The position numbers and the translations under genes are program-made. A stretch of DNA of 64,000 bases from Adineta vaga (lineage: Eukaryota; Animalia; Rotifera): NCBI GenBank assembly GCA_021613535.1, contig CP075496.1, positions 13,020,001-13,084,000 of the forward strand. Reading direction: 5' to 3'. This document shows positions 53,293 to 63,487 of the stretch, in pieces (position 1 is the stretch's first letter; each line of letters starts with the position of its first letter). Below the pieces are notes generated by a model. The model worked only from the letters and a program-made list of their open reading frames with translations. It was not told where the DNA came from and did not search any database.

Positions 53293-54138
53293 ATGATGAT
53301 GATGATGATGATCTTCAATATATATTTTATTTTGTTATTTCATTCTATCCATGGACTACAAAGAAATTACAATAGATTTATGCCAGATTTACCACCTGTA
53401 CCATCAGCAAGACCTTCTGGATCAATTCCAATCATGACACGTGAATCTCATCCATTAACAGCACGTTCATTTTCAAAAATAAACTTGTCAGGTGGACCAT
53501 TCAATGTGAAATTCTATCATAATACAAATTTTAATGATAACTATACATCAGTTGAAATTGAAGCTGAGCAATCTATACATAAATTCATTTCAATTGATAT
53601 CATTCAAAATGATATTCTTACAATTCGTTTGACAGAAAATTTAAATATCAATAATCAAACAAATATAACATTAGTGATTATCTATCAACAATTAACAGAA
53701 CTTTATATTGATGGTATGACCAATATACAATGTATTAATCAAATTCAAACAAATATCTTTCGTATACATAATCGTGGTACTGGTTCAATTAAGTTGAAAC
53801 TGAATGTGAATATTCTTGATGCCTATTTGCATTCAATTGGTCGAGTAAAAATATGTGGACAAGTTAATGAAGAAGCCATTTTAAAATCCTTAGGTGTTGG
53901 TGATGTCGATTGCCGACATTTATTAACGAAAAAAATGAATGTCGTTTCAAGTGGTATTGGAAATATTTATGTTACAGCTACTGATGAAGTTCAAATAACA
54001 TTAAGTGGTATTGGTACTGTTTATTATGCAGGTCCATTGAAGCAACAAATTAAAACAGGTTTAGGAAATATTGTTGAAATTCCTAATATTTCATCGACAT
54101 ATGATGATCAACAGATTCTCAATGAAGAATTACATTAG
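53293..54138 (+). CDS. Intronless secreted head-GIN-domain (DUF2807, putative autotransporter-adhesin beta-helix) protein; horizontal-transfer candidate
   Basis: Signal-like M(6)IFNIYFILLFHSIHG. FSKINLSG..NV..SVEIEAE.SI..ILTIRL is followed by (S/R)G.G.I repeats (RGTGSI, SIGRV, LGVGDVD, SGIGNI, SGIGTVYYAGP), ending in the family's Y.GP. The start is likely within the ATG run at 53293-53310, not at ORF-track position 53077. Confidence 0.85.
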   Translation: MMMMMMIFNIYFILLFHSIHGLQRNYNRFMPDLPPVPSARPSGSIPIMTRESHPLTARSFSKINLSGGPFNVKFYHNTNFNDNYTSVEIEAEQSIHKFISIDIIQNDILTIRLTENLNINNQTNITLVIIYQQLTELYIDGMTNIQCINQIQTNIFRIHNRGTGSIKLKLNVNILDAYLHSIGRVKICGQVNEEAILKSLGVGDVDCRHLLTKKMNVVSSGIGNIYVTATDEVQITLSGIGTVYYAGPLKQQIKTGLGNIVEIPNISSTYDDQQILNEELH

Positions 54139-54642
54139 ACAACTTGATATATATTTTCTCGTTTTTTGCTTCTTCTTTCCTATTTGTAGCAATTTTAATA
54201 AAAGAAAATGTAGTTATTTTTCTTTCTTTCTTTCTTTTTATCAAATGACCTATTCACATTTGATCAAAATCATTATTTGGTATGCAAGCTGTTCTCTATT
54301 TATTTGTTACGAACATCGACACATATATGTCTATAAATATAAGTAAGAAAATGATCTAACTAGTCGGAAGATAAGAAAAAGAGAAAAGAAGAAGAAGAAG
54401 AGGAAGAGGAAGAGAAGTCGAATTCATTGCGACGGAAAATGTCGCCCGAACGCATACACGATACGACCACCATCTGGCTCTGTTCTTGAGACGAGGACGA
54501 TTCTGATAGATGCGATCATAATGACGAGTAAGAAAAAAGGCAAAGAGACAGAGAAGAAGAGAGAAACAACTCGGAACTCTCTCTCCTTTGCCGCTGCCAT
54601 CCCGTTGAGACCACGGATCGTTTATGTGTCCTTCTCTTACAT

Positions 54643-54673
<31 letters not shown>
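54643..54673. repeat. (CA)n(TA)n compound microsatellite
   Basis: acacacacacacacacatatatatatatata. Confidence 0.8.
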
Positions 54674-54674
<1 letters not shown>

Positions 54675-54956
54675 TTATTTATATGTAAATGCACATTGAG
54701 ATAGACGCAAACGATTCAACCATACTGGTGATAAAACTGCCGATAGCGATGTCTCCTAACTTTTTTATGTCTCTTCATTCGTCTCAAATAGCAATACATA
54801 AAAGATGATGATAATCAAAAGCATCTTGCAAATGTTATTCTCCTTTATTTAATGGATGATTGTTTTTAAACAGATACATTATATATTATCGACTTATTCT
54901 AGACTAAAACTACTTAATAGGAAGAAAATCAATACTAACAATTGATAAGTATTAGT

Positions 54957-55667
54957 ATGCATCGAAGATATTCATCGAAATCTTATGATATTTTACATGG
55001 AATTAATGTACCTTCTAATATATCATCAATATTTACGTATCTCAGTTATTTTCCACCCCCACCACCATTACTACCTGGTCCGCCTCCTCAACGTTCTTGG
55101 ACATGTTCTGCTTATTCTCTATCATCTTCATCTTGTTTTGTTTCGGATGACTTAAATCCTTCAAGTTTACGTACATATATTCCATTGACAGTTGGTAATC
55201 AATCATCATCAATAAAAAATACATCTCCAATAACAAAAATCACATATTCAAATTCGAAAATCTCACCCATTGTACAATTCTTACAGACACATCTAACAGT
55301 TATTCTTCTTTTAATTATTCTTCTAAGTATATTAATCTTTCTTATTTTATTCTTCTTATTATTTCTTTACATTCAACGTGTACGTCATCGAAGATTATCA
55401 ACAACTCTTCATACTACAACAGATGATATTAATAATAATAATAATAATTTAGAATCAAATCATCATCATACGAATAAAAATAAACATTTTTATTATCATT
55501 TAATACCTTATCGTGAAAAAACCACAAAGACAGTACGAAAAACAATTGATGAGAATAATCGATTAAATTCAACAAATCATGATTCATCTGTACTTGAAGT
55601 TATTCATCTAACTAAATCAAATGCAACATATAAAAATAATAATGAGGAACAAGAAGAAGCTCTTTAA
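54957..55667 (+). CDS. Orphan single-pass membrane protein with polyproline-W-x-C motif
   Basis: Open ~236-codon frame; FPPPPPLLPGPPPQRSWTC...C; ~26-residue hydrophobic segment followed by QRVRHRR; ends EQEEAL*. Start codon uncertain. Confidence 0.65.
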   Translation: MHRRYSSKSYDILHGINVPSNISSIFTYLSYFPPPPPLLPGPPPQRSWTCSAYSLSSSSCFVSDDLNPSSLRTYIPLTVGNQSSSIKNTSPITKITYSNSKISPIVQFLQTHLTVILLLIILLSILIFLILFFLLFLYIQRVRHRRLSTTLHTTTDDINNNNNNLESNHHHTNKNKHFYYHLIPYREKTTKTVRKTIDENNRLNSTNHDSSVLEVIHLTKSNATYKNNNEEQEEAL

Positions 55668-55812
55668 TCTTTTCTTCTGTGTTTTCTTTTGCTTGCTGTA
55701 AATCTTCATTTCTTTTTCTTTTTCCTCAGGAAAGAAAAAATACAAAAAGTGTTTTTATCTAAAACGTTTCATTTCTTGTCTTTGCTCCACATATATGTTG
55801 ATTAAATATCAA

Positions 55813-57639
55813 TCATTTTCGAACGCTAATCATTAGAATCGTTGTAGAATTGCAATCATACGATCCTAATGTTCGATTATCATCAAGTTGATCAAAAAAA
55901 TTGCCAGGTTTTGTTAATGTTATTTGATTTGGTTTAAGATTTTCTTGTTTACCAAACATTTGCTTCAATTCATAGATAGTTTTATCCAATGTTATTCGAT
56001 ATTTATATTCTTGATTGAGAGACGTTCGAAGAGTTAAACATATTGATCTATTCATTTTTGTTTAAAGAAAAAAAAAAAGGGAAAACAAACGAAATTATTT
56101 GATTTATTTAGTTTGTTTTTTTTCGGTACTTACTCAGATGGAATAAATACGTTCGTCTGTTGATTAGATTTTGGTTCAGTTGTATTGCTGATATTTAATT
56201 GAATATGATTACACATTTGATTAATTTGATTAATTTGTTCGGGATCGTATTGAAGAGTTATTTCGATAGTCTAGGAATGAGAAAAATATATATTTATAAG
56301 GATGAATTCATCGAGTTTGTTCTTTCTATCTTTACATACATTTAGATGAGCATAATGTTCAGCTAGTTTTGTACTTAAATGTGATTGAATATCAGATGCT
56401 TTCTTTAGTAAATCGATTAATTCAGGTTCATTTTTACTAAACAAAATGAATCATTGTTTTGAATAAAGAGATTAGATCAATAGTTTACCTATCGAGGTGA
56501 TGATTTCTTTTCGTTAGTTCTAAGCGAGATTGTTCCAATGCTTGAAGATCACTTTCGACATTCCTAACAAATAAATATGTCTGTAAGTAATAATAGGGAA
56601 CTTTACATTTCCGTTTGATAATAACAAGAAATATTTCTCAGGTAATAAGTTCATTTAGTTCTATCGGAAATTTGAATCAATATCAACCTTGATAACTACA
56701 ACTACGATTCATCTGGATGAGAATTTATTTTGTTGATTATTGTGAATCTATTAAGATTATTTCAATCCATCACATTAAGTATTATTTTCAATTATTCAAT
56801 AAAAAGCATTTGATGAAATGAGTTCTATTATTATTATTTCTTTCATCTCAATTATTTTCTGTTTTCAAATCACTTGGGATTAATGATTAATGTAACTTAC
56901 GTTAATAAATTTCCTTGATGAAATTCAAGTTGCTTGAGTATATCGAGTTGTTTATTTAGTAAAATAGAGTCGTGATGTTGTCGAATATTTTGGAATTGAT
57001 TGCAGATTTCATTTCGTACAGTTCTAAAAGCATCATGAATTGATACTAACAAAAAAAAACGAATGTTTCAATTGTGCAAAAAGTTTATTTTTCATAGAAA
57101 ACCTTTCAAATTATTTTGATCTGTTTCTTGTAATTGATCGAGTGTTGTTTTTGTAGATTGTCTTATATCATTAATATGCTGTTCATTACAGTTCGTACAT
57201 TTTGTTGCATTACAATGTTCACATATGGTTAAAGTTTCTAGCTTATCACAACATGGACATTTTGCTTTGACAGGTTGAACGTCCATTAAATTAGTTAACA
57301 ATATATTTCCAGGCAATTCAGTTGGTCCTTGCGTTAAATGCGTTACTTTTCGACATGTTGGACTATATAGATATGAAGAAGAAAAGATTTTTCTATGATT
57401 CAAAAGAATTAGTTTTAAATATACCAAGTTAATGTTTGACGCTGAGTAATATACATTCCTATTGAAAAAAAGTATATAAAATAAAAGCGTAGAAAAAGAT
57501 TATCAATGAAATTACTTTGCAAACATGATAAACAAAATGTATGTTGACATGGAAGAACTTTTGGTGTTTGAAATCGATCCAAACAAATGACACATTGTAA
57601 AAGATCTTCAAGCTTTTCAAACTTATAAACGTTGCTCAT
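55813..57639 (-). CDS. TRIM-like E3 ligase: C3HC4 RING + B-box-like + coiled coil + C-terminal ubiquitin-like domain
   Basis: [18 protein letters not shown]...LTCPTCR..LPGN; CPCC..CEHC..KCTNC..H; helical middle. The penultimate exon (...FIPS GA|GTAAG) splices in frame to the AG at ~56049 (E-SICLTLRT...KTIYELKQ...[15 protein letters not shown]). Confidence 0.75.
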
Positions 57640-57963
57640 CTTTTTCAATGAAATACAATTATTAATATTCATACATTCATTTGCTTGTTTCAACTGGTTT
57701 GTCTGTCATAAGTCGATGAATCATCATCGATTTTGATTGGATTAAAAATGAGGACAACAGTTCCAATGTTTATTTTCTTATATCAATCTCAACTCAATAA
57801 TATATTTCGTTGTAATTATTGGAGAACATGTAGAATCGATGACTATTTAAGTTGATACAAATGCATTTCAATCCCATTCTCTCTATCTCTCTCGGATTGA
57901 TATGCTCAATTTATCATTTGAGTAAGATAATATAGCTATAAAGAACAATTGTACCATATTTTA

Positions 57964-58028
57964 TAGGTAAGTTATATTTTGCCCTACTCTCTGGTCCCCA
58001 GAAAGTTGGGCAAACCATAATCTACCTA
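57964..58028. repeat. 65-nt imperfect inverted repeat/hairpin with TA at both ends
   Basis: TAGGTAAGTTATATTTTGCCCTACTCTCTGG-tcc-CCAGAAAGTTGGGCAAACCATAATCTACCTA; 25 of 31 arm positions are Watson-Crick complementary. Confidence 0.7.
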
Positions 58029-58957
58029 AATTAAGACATTCATTATTATGTATCGTTTGTTGATTTCAATAAAATCATTTGCTAGAGTATTTGTATTGAC
58101 TACAAAAATATGTGTCTGATTGTTTGATAAATATTTTAGTACTTGGATAAGATCTTTTTCAAAGAATTGAGCTTTTTATTTATACAATTTATACAAAAAC
58201 AAGTTCCTTGACTTTGATTATCATTTAGTTAAACTTTATGCAAAAGAATTGCATTTAATATTCAACCAAAAAGAGAAAAAAAATTGTAAATCTCTGATTA
58301 AATTATTATAAAATTATGTACTAGTTTCAAAAAAAGATATTTTATTGATAATGTGAAAATTACTTCTTTTTTCAAAAACTAATTTTTTTCAAGTTTAAAA
58401 TTTATCTATCATTCATTTCCTAAAAGCCTACACTCTGTTGAGTATTTGCTTCTCTTATCTGTTGCTGCTCGTTACAATAAAAAACTCTTTGCTTTGTATC
58501 AATTCAATATTAGCAAACGAAATAGGATATTGTTTCGTATTAATGTACTAAAACTGGCAAAAAGTCATCATGTTATGACAATAATAAATTTACAAGTGAA
58601 AAAACATTTTTTCTATAATAAATGAATTTAATACTTCTGTGTGAACTCCAATATTCGTTTTATTTACTTCTTGATCCATATCATCAAAATGAAACCATTC
58701 CTTTTTTACTTATTATTTACCTGATATTAGTTTAGTATGCACTTTTGTTTCTTGTCAGTTAAAGTAAGTATTCATTCATTCTAGCTGAATCTATTCTTTT
58801 ACCGATGTTAGTTTAGATAAAACATGTTGATACGTTTGATTCATCTTGTTATGTCTCTCGTTCAGATACAAATTTTCATCTAATGTAAGAATTTATGTGA
58901 TTATAACGAAAAGAATCTCATTTTTAATTTTTTCTAGAAATTAGTCTTAATGAAACA

Positions 58958-60355
58958 ATGACTCGTATTCAAGTATTCGACAAAAAACATAACTGTCCAG
59001 CCATTATGATGACTGATTCAAATAATTGTTTGAGCATTACATACTTACAAACATATTTTACAGATGCAACGGGTCTATATTTCTATGAAGAAGATCAGAA
59101 CTTGAAAATTCTGTAAGTGGGAAGCTAGGCAGCATGACTATCAAATAACATATAATTATTCTTTCTATTTAGTGTTCCTCGTATTGATAGAGATCAATTT
59201 CAGTGTAATTGGCACGCAGACACGATTTATTACCCATACTATCCAAGTAGATCAAATTAAAAAAAATTATAATATACTCATAGTTTTGTTTTAATAGATG
59301 ATGATTCTCAACCAACATCAACTCCAACAACTAATTTTTTTAGACAATTATTATTTACAGCTGCAGGTAAGTGTATTGCTCAAGAGTCTCTTCAAAGATC
59401 GTATTCAAGGATATTAATTTTGTGGCAAAATGATTATCTAATAGAGAAGTAGTCGATGAGGAAAGGAAAATTCAAATTTATAAATAATGTTACCAATATA
59501 GATGGCGTTTGCAGTTCTCTTAGTACAGCGAGCTGATCTATAATACGATGAATACTCTATAAAGCTGAGACTAGACCTATCATCCGTATTCTTGACGATA
59601 GACAATAATGAGCATTCCTCATTTTTTAATGCCTTCAAATAGCAATGGCGACTCTTATATTTTACCGTCTCTTCTTATTCTTAGTAAAAGTCAGTGAAAG
59701 CTTGAGTTTGCCACAAAATCTAAGTCCTTTTTACCATCCGAAGATGCATGTCATTATCGAATAGGATATTCATATTATAACGATTGTTTTTCTGACAAGA
59801 TTTTTCCTTGTCACTCCAACATATAAAAAAGTCGAATAAATAAAAACATATGGGTAATATTGTAAGTACTTTTCTTGGTAGAATATTTGTTTGTCAATAA
59901 ACGTAACATGAACTTTTCTTTTTTACGATCTATTTGTATGTCATCAGTTGTTTGTTAGTGAGTGTATTCTTTTATATGTACTGCGCTTTTTTTTATGAAA
60001 ATTGGATATGTGTTTATCCTATTAATCTCATATTAAATACTCAAAGTCAAAGATTATTACAATTTTTTTGTTTTCTCTTTTACGTATAGTCTTCGTGTGG
60101 ATCAATTCTGCGATTTCGTTTATGTACGTTAACTTACACGATGACTGGATTAGAAAAAGTTTTTCATCGTATCGTGAGGTAATTGTTTTAATAGGAAGAA
60201 CATTTTTAGCTTTTTCCTATAGCCTCTTATTCATTCTTATTCTCACTTGTTTTTCGACGCCTATTATCCGCTTTATTTGGTCGATGTTAAAGCAATGGTT
60301 CTCAGACATAGATTTTGATAACCTTGTGGTACACAACGTGTTGTATCACCAATAA
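58958..60355 (+). CDS. Protein with a stand-alone TDP-43 N-terminal-domain-like module; last exon uncertain (hydrophobic 60090-60355 or short soluble alternatives)
   Basis: Exons 58958-~59112, ~59173-59246 and ~59299-59366 splice in frame: MTRIQVFDKKHNCPAIMMTDSNNCLSITYLQTYFTDATGLYFYEEDQNLKILVPRIDRDQFQCNWHADTIYYPYYP..., echoing TDP-43 NTD (IRV...P.EI..E.DG.VLLSTV..QFPGA.GLRY...W..VY.VNYP). No RRMs follow. Confidence 0.6.
59407..59729. mobile_element. Candidate degenerate MITE (~320 bp) in an intron
   Basis: Terminal inverted repeats 59407-59429 and 59707-59729 match at 19/23, with a perfect 13-bp core ATTTTGTGGCAAA / TTTGCCACAAAAT; no coding capacity; no clear TSD. Confidence 0.5.
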
Positions 60356-61566
60356 AACTGAATATAGACTTTTCGATTTACACATATAATTCAAGATTAA
60401 TTAGCTCGCAAAAGCTCTCATTAAAAGACACTAACTTACGATAATTTCATTTTGTCATTCATTGATTCGAATTAATTAATTTGGCAAAGATGTATTCAGA
60501 TAACAGTCATAAAAAAGATTGATTGAACTTTGATAGCACAATTACTGAAAGGTTTATTTATCTAAAACTAATCTCATTAATGTTAGTAGTCTATTGATTA
60601 TATATACATATGACACTCATATAGATATGTGATTTATTGTACATTTATTTGTTTGAAGATGATTCTTGTACTTTTATACAGTAAGTTTATTACGCGTTAA
60701 GTATAAATATTCGATAAAATTAGCGCGTTTGTTGAAAAGACAAAAAGCTGTATGAATATCATTTTAAAGAATAATATTAATAAAGAATTTTTCGAAAAAT
60801 ATCAGATAAATTTATTTGAAAATTTCATGTCGTTTAGCATTTGAAATACTTCGTACTACATGAATATCTTCACTAAATAATGATTCATCAATATTCGGCC
60901 AATGTTTTTGTTTATTAACATAGAACTTTTTAATAAAATCTCGCGAAGAAATTGTATATTGAAAAATCATGTCCAATTATAAATGAATGTGATGCATTTT
61001 TTCTTGCAATTGTAACAATAATTTGTCTATGTATTGATGGAATAACATCAAATAATTGCAGCAGTGGACAATGTATCCAGTCGTTCGAGAAATTGTTTCC
61101 GTTTATGGAGAAATTCTTCACCCCACATAAAATCGTGTTTAACAAAGAGAAATGGAAAGAAAGAATATACATCTACACAAATATAGCTGTTATAAATGAA
61201 GTACTTATCACATGCTATTCTACATATATCTTACGTGCTTTATATTTTTTACTACCATTCAATTTACAAAATTCTTTAGTTGCTCGTTCAGGTTATCGTC
61301 ATTTCTATCTGACGTAGGGAAATAGTCTACCCCTCCTTGTTCTGGTCATTTTGATAGCCAGAAACCCCGTACACTTCAATTTACTATATTGCACTTGCAG
61401 CGACAACCAGCGACTCGTTTAGCCTGTCAAGTCCTACGTTGATGAGTCATCAATGAATCTGATTGGTTTAAAGACATCAATGAGAAGTCCACTGTTTATT
61501 TATTTATCTCATAGTACTGTACAAGCTTATAGTTTGATTACGATTGTGAAAGAAGACGAATAATCG

Positions 61567-63245
61567 ATGGCTAGTCAAGCTAAAAATACTTTTGAAATCC
61601 CAAAATGGTCAGTTGAAATTTGATTTCATTCTTGTTGACCAATAATAGAACTGTTCTTTTTTTTAGGGCTGGGAAACCTGTAGCTGGTTTACATTTAGAT
61701 GTTGTAAAAGACGGCAGATTGATACAAGTTAGTTTAAAATATCTATCTTATAAATTATTTAAAATTTTTCTATATTTCTTCTAGAAATTAATGATTGATG
61801 AAAAGAAATGTTATTTTTTTGGACGAAATAAAGAATTATGTGATTTTACTAGTAAGATATTGTTTCAATTTCATTCTATAGATAAAGAGATTTTTCTTTG
61901 TGTTTAGTTGATCATGCCTCATGTTCACGAGTACATGCTGCACTTCTTTGGCATAAAGAACTCAGTCGACCATTTCTAATTGATCTTGGTGCAAGTAATA
62001 AATTTTCTTATTATCTTCTTTCAACAACAATAGAGAAGATATTTATTTTTATTTGTTTGTAGCACATGGAACATTTATAGGACATATACGATTGGAAGAT
62101 CATAAACCACAACAAGTACATATTGATAGTGAGATTCATTTTGGTGAATCAAGTCGTATTTATATTATTCGTGAACGTCCACAAATACAGGGAAATAAAC
62201 TTCATCATATGTTTGGTAGTAATGCTAATACACTTAATTCTAATAATGATGCAAACGGTGATCACAATGATGAAAATCGTGATGGAAATAGTTCGTTTTC
62301 AATGCCAGAATCAGAAGTTGAACTTGATGTAAGATAATTTAATGAAATCTAACACGATATTCAAGAACTTTTCTTGTCTGTTTTTTTAGAATTTAACAGA
62401 ATTCAATACTGCACATAATCGACGTATTGCACAAATTGTTCAAATCACTGATTTACCTAATGTACCAACTGTTAAAAGAAAACGACGAAACGTAACATTT
62501 AACGAAGAAGATGATGTAATTAATCCAGGTTTGTTCATAGACGAAAAAAGGAAACTAAAGGACGTATTAATAAATTCTTTATTTTTTCTAGAGGATATCG
62601 ATCCAAATGTTGGTCGATTTCGTAATCTTATTCAAACAACTGTTATTGTACCGAAGGTTAGTTTAACGTCTTAGAGATAGAATGACTGTAGTAATCAGCA
62701 ATTGTAGCGAACTCGAACGATATTTTAGTCTCTATTCAGATGTTCTTTGATATATTCAAAATACTAACAAATCTAGTAATATTTTTGTATTCACTAGAAA
62801 CGAAAATTTGATCATCCAACTGTTAGTCATCTTGGTATCGATACTGCTCAAAAGCATGCCCAAGCATTCCACTATTCACAACTTTATGATGCTAGCCATC
62901 CCATTCATAGTGACACATCTGCTGATGCACCGAATCCACTACAAACGCAACATTTAAGTGTAGCAGCAAAACTTGGTAAATAAATTATCTAAATATATAT
63001 ATATTTATGTTTTAATTCATTTTAAATATTATCTTCTAGGAATAGCAGTACCAAATCTAGCACCTGATCTTCGCGATTATGATGTAACTGCATCTTCAGT
63101 ACCAATTCTCCCAAAGATAACATCAGCTTCGTTAGAATCATCCGCATCTGACTCGAATAATAGTCTCGGACCAAAGAAAAAGAAATATGCTAAAGAAGCT
63201 TGGCCTGGCAAACGACCATCTGGTTCAGTGTTACTTGTTAAATGA
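61567..63245 (+). CDS. PPP1R8: Nuclear inhibitor of protein phosphatase 1 (NIPP1)
   Basis: W-AGKP..GLHLDV.K; FHA FGRN..CDF.IDH.SCSRVHAAL..HGTF; LTEFNTAHNRRI; PP1-docking KRKRRNVTF; INPEDIDP.VGRFRN; KKKKYAKEAWPGK. Confidence 0.95.
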
Positions 63246-63487
63246 TTTTTTTTCTCTTTTTTTTGTACAGTGGACGTGTTTTGTTCTCTTCTCTCTCTCT
63301 CTCTCTAACTGTCTTGTTATAAAAAATCTGAGCTGAAATCTTACTTTCAGATGAATTTCCATCCTTCATACGATGACAAAGATACCATTATTCACCGGTA
63401 AATAAATAAAATTTCACAAACAATCTCTATTTTAAATCTTTAGTCTACAAACACATATAAGTATACTTGAACAACAACAAAATTCAA

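Noticed and set aside
60930-61317. Overlapping 80-aa (-) and 121-aa (+) ORFs; possible retroelement relic
   Set aside because: No recognisable domain, splice structure or transposon motif.
61285-61467. U3 snoRNA, SRP or hammerhead-like words (TTCAGG..CATTTCTAT, TTGATGA, CTGATTGGT, AAGGAGGGGT)
   Set aside because: U3 boxes C' and B, SRP helix 8 and the hammerhead CUGAUGA/GAAA core are absent; CTGATTGG is better explained as a CCAAT box.
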